Assembly: GCA_023475165.1 (NCBI GenBank)
Contig: JAMCWA010000029.1
Coordinates: forward strand, 1,950 to 65,949
Source of the DNA: Bacillota bacterium
GTDB lineage: Bacteria; Bacillota; Sulfobacillia; JAMCWA01
Length of the DNA: 64,000 nucleotides
Direction of reading: 5' to 3'
In this document: positions 62,250-64,000 of the stretch, piece after piece
Layout of the letters: each line of letters opens with the position of its first letter
Numbering within the stretch: the stretch's first letter is position 1
The notes under the pieces: generated by a model
What the model was told of the DNA's origin: nothing
What the model saw: only the letters and a program-made list of their open reading frames with translations
Database searches by the model: none
Made by a program: the position numbers and the translations under genes

Positions 62250-63188
62250 ATGGAAATAGTGAGTCTGAGCCTGGGTTCATCCCGGCGTGATTTTAGGCTG
62301 ACCCTGACTGTCTGTGGCCAAAGGGTCAGGCTTACCAGGCTGGGTGTGGACGGCCAGGTGGCCCGTCTGGCATCTCTCTTGCGGGAATATGATGGGCGGG
62401 CGGCGGCCATCGGGTTGGGCGGGATCAATTTTGACTATCGTCTCGGGCCGCGTCGCTATCACATTCCCTTGGGTCAACGATTAAGGAGCCTCACAAAAGA
62501 CACACCCCTGGTGGACGGCAGCGGTTATAAAGAGGCCATTGAGGCACAAGTGCCCCGCTGGTTGGAGGAAAAGGGCATCCTCTTGGCCGGACGGCAGGTT
62601 TTGGTGGTCTCGGTTCTGGATCGCTATCACCTGACGCGGGCGCTGGTCGAGATAGGAGCCAGGGTCTGGGTGGGCGATGCCGTCTTCGGCTTGAAGATCC
62701 CACTGCTTTTTTCGCTACCCACTTTTCAGGTGATCGCGGCAGCCACCTTGCCTCTATTGAGGCTCTTGCCCGTCTCCTGGCTCTATCCCCTGGGGAGGAA
62801 GCAGGAGGAGGTGGTACCCCGCTTCTCCCACCTTTTTCGGAGGGCTGAAATTATTGCTGGGGACTTTCACTTCCTTCGACGGTACTTGCCTTGGGACCTG
62901 GCCGGGAAGACCATTATCGCCAGTACCATAAACGACGAGGACGTGGGATTGTTACGGAAAAGAGGGGCGTCGGTCTTGGTGACACTGAGCCCTTTTCTCA
63001 CCGTGAGCTCGCCTCAGCGCAGCGTCATCACCACGAGTGGTTTTGTTTCGGGAAGGGCCTTCGGAGCTAACGCCATGGAGGCGCTCTTGGTGGCCCTGGC
63101 CGGGGAGAGGGGGCCCCTGTCAAAGGAACACTACCGCCAGCTCTGGCGCCAAACGGGTCTGGAGTCTACGGTGATCAGGTTTGATTAA
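62250..63188 (+). CDS. Conserved hypothetical protein (312 aa), family uncertain
   Basis: Its ATG is 1 nt after the DUF1405 stop. Compositionally coding. The N-terminal SLGSSRRDF...GLGGINF pattern is vaguely AroM-like, but I cannot support a family call. Confidence 0.6.
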   Translation: MEIVSLSLGSSRRDFRLTLTVCGQRVRLTRLGVDGQVARLASLLREYDGRAAAIGLGGINFDYRLGPRRYHIPLGQRLRSLTKDTPLVDGSGYKEAIEAQVPRWLEEKGILLAGRQVLVVSVLDRYHLTRALVEIGARVWVGDAVFGLKIPLLFSLPTFQVIAAATLPLLRLLPVSWLYPLGRKQEEVVPRFSHLFRRAEIIAGDFHFLRRYLPWDLAGKTIIASTINDEDVGLLRKRGASVLVTLSPFLTVSSPQRSVITTSGFVSGRAFGANAMEALLVALAGERGPLSKEHYRQLWRQTGLESTVIRFD

Positions 63189-63217
63189 GTTCGCAGAGAC
63201 AGTTGGAGGTCAGACAA

Positions 63218-64000
63218 ATGAAAGGTTTCCGCTACTTGGTTTTCGGGCTCTTGTTCCTGGGTTGGGTGGCGGGGATGGTGGTGATGATCCCGCGTTTGGC
63301 CACTGAAAACCGCGACACGGATGTGGAATTGGTGCTGGATCTGGGCTCGGCCCGGGACTTCTGCAACAAGTATTCTTACCGAATTGATCAGTTTCTTGGC
63401 CAGTTAAAGGCGGCGGGGCTGACCTCCTTGGCGGTTAAAGAGGTGACGCCTCAGGATTTGCAGGACCGGGGGGCAGTGGCCTTATATTCAGGGGGAGAAC
63501 TCCTGGCCAATCTGCTGTTCTCCAGAATGGCCGGCCTAAATGCGCCCGATATCCATCCCAATCACAGCTATCTCCTGGTGGCCGACCGGGATTCCTTTGC
63601 CTGGCTGAAAGAATCCCTGAGAGAACGATTCGGTGCTGAACGGGTGCGCTCTCAAGAGATGGGCTCTCTTTATCTCCTGGAAGTTCCCATGACTCCGAAG
63701 GATTTTTTGTCTTTGCCTTTAGGCCTCTGGCCAAAGGACCTGCAGTTGGTGCAAGAGAGCGGTCTGAATTTGGTGCCACGACCTTACAATCATCCGGGCG
63801 TGACCAACAGCGAGATCAGAGACTTTTTTGAAACTGTCCAGGCCTTGAGGGCACGTCTGGTGATCTTCGATGGCACCGAGGTCCTGGGTTTTCCCGATCA
63901 CCTGACGGCCCTAATCGAAGGTATACAGCAGAATCAGATGACGGTGGGGATGATTGAGACCCCCGTTCAGCTGGGGCACATTGACCAAAAAGGACTGTAT
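63218..64000 (+). CDS. Membrane-anchored hypothetical protein, 3'-truncated by the window end (possibly DUF5693-like)
   Basis: GGAGG, 8 nt, then ATG 63218. MKGFRYLVFGLLFLGWVAGMVVMI signal anchor. Open through position 64000 (261 codons). Not in the ORF track because no stop lies within the window. Confidence 0.7.
   Translation, partial: MKGFRYLVFGLLFLGWVAGMVVMIPRLATENRDTDVELVLDLGSARDFCNKYSYRIDQFLGQLKAAGLTSLAVKEVTPQDLQDRGAVALYSGGELLANLLFSRMAGLNAPDIHPNHSYLLVADRDSFAWLKESLRERFGAERVRSQEMGSLYLLEVPMTPKDFLSLPLGLWPKDLQLVQESGLNLVPRPYNHPGVTNSEIRDFFETVQALRARLVIFDGTEVLGFPDHLTALIEGIQQNQMTVGMIETPVQLGHIDQKGLY

Overview
This is a 64-kb chromosomal segment from a GC-rich (by eye), anaerobic, spore-forming Firmicute. 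Gene order matches Bacillus and Clostridia: ytxC then thrS, infC-rpmI-rplT, and a TrmH/YsgA-type methyltransferase followed by pheST. Both thrS and pheS have T-box leaders. Content from left to right:
- a protein with three DUF3794 repeats plus an SH3b domain, and a YkwD-like CAP protein
- a six-tRNA cluster followed by a decayed integrative island (intact AbrB/RelE-type toxin-antitoxin pair, IS transposase pseudogene, integrase fragment)
- an acyl-CoA ligase with a 2-hydroxyacyl-CoA-dehydratase-type radical enzyme (two subunits plus an activase)
- a NarL-type two-component system plus an orphan receiver, and doxX
- the translation genes, and ktrA-ktrB-ktrA potassium uptake genes
- a group-3b-type (sulfhydrogenase-like) NiFe hydrogenase operon with its maturation protease
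- a minus-strand operon of acyl-CoA dehydrogenase, thiolase-like protein and DUF35 protein
- a NifV/LeuA-family synthase
- a Liv-type ABC transporter with an embedded acyl-CoA synthetase, followed by acetyl-CoA synthetase and a PaaK-like ligase
- a membrane-anchored 1133-aa alpha/beta-hydrolase protein, a fused FeoA-FeoB, and a DUF1405 protein

I found no rRNA, no CRISPR array, no intact mobile element and no recognisable defence system. The unusual signals are mostly non-coding:
1. A modular, hairpin-rich intergenic repeat family occurs at 12 or more loci. It sits inside operons, supplies stop codons and C-termini to genes, and carries 55-bp tandem modules.
2. About ten degenerate hairpin repeats with a conserved GYCGAG...AAGGU loop lie downstream of pheT and end in a terminator.
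3. At three unrelated genes the last ~36-40 bp of the CDS is duplicated 71-74 bp downstream.
4. A Phe-codon-rich mini-ORF sits in front of, and abuts, the Phe T-box of pheS.
5. Three phased DnaA boxes lie upstream of the hydrolase gene pair.

All coordinates and counts were derived by hand from the sequence. No database searches were run.
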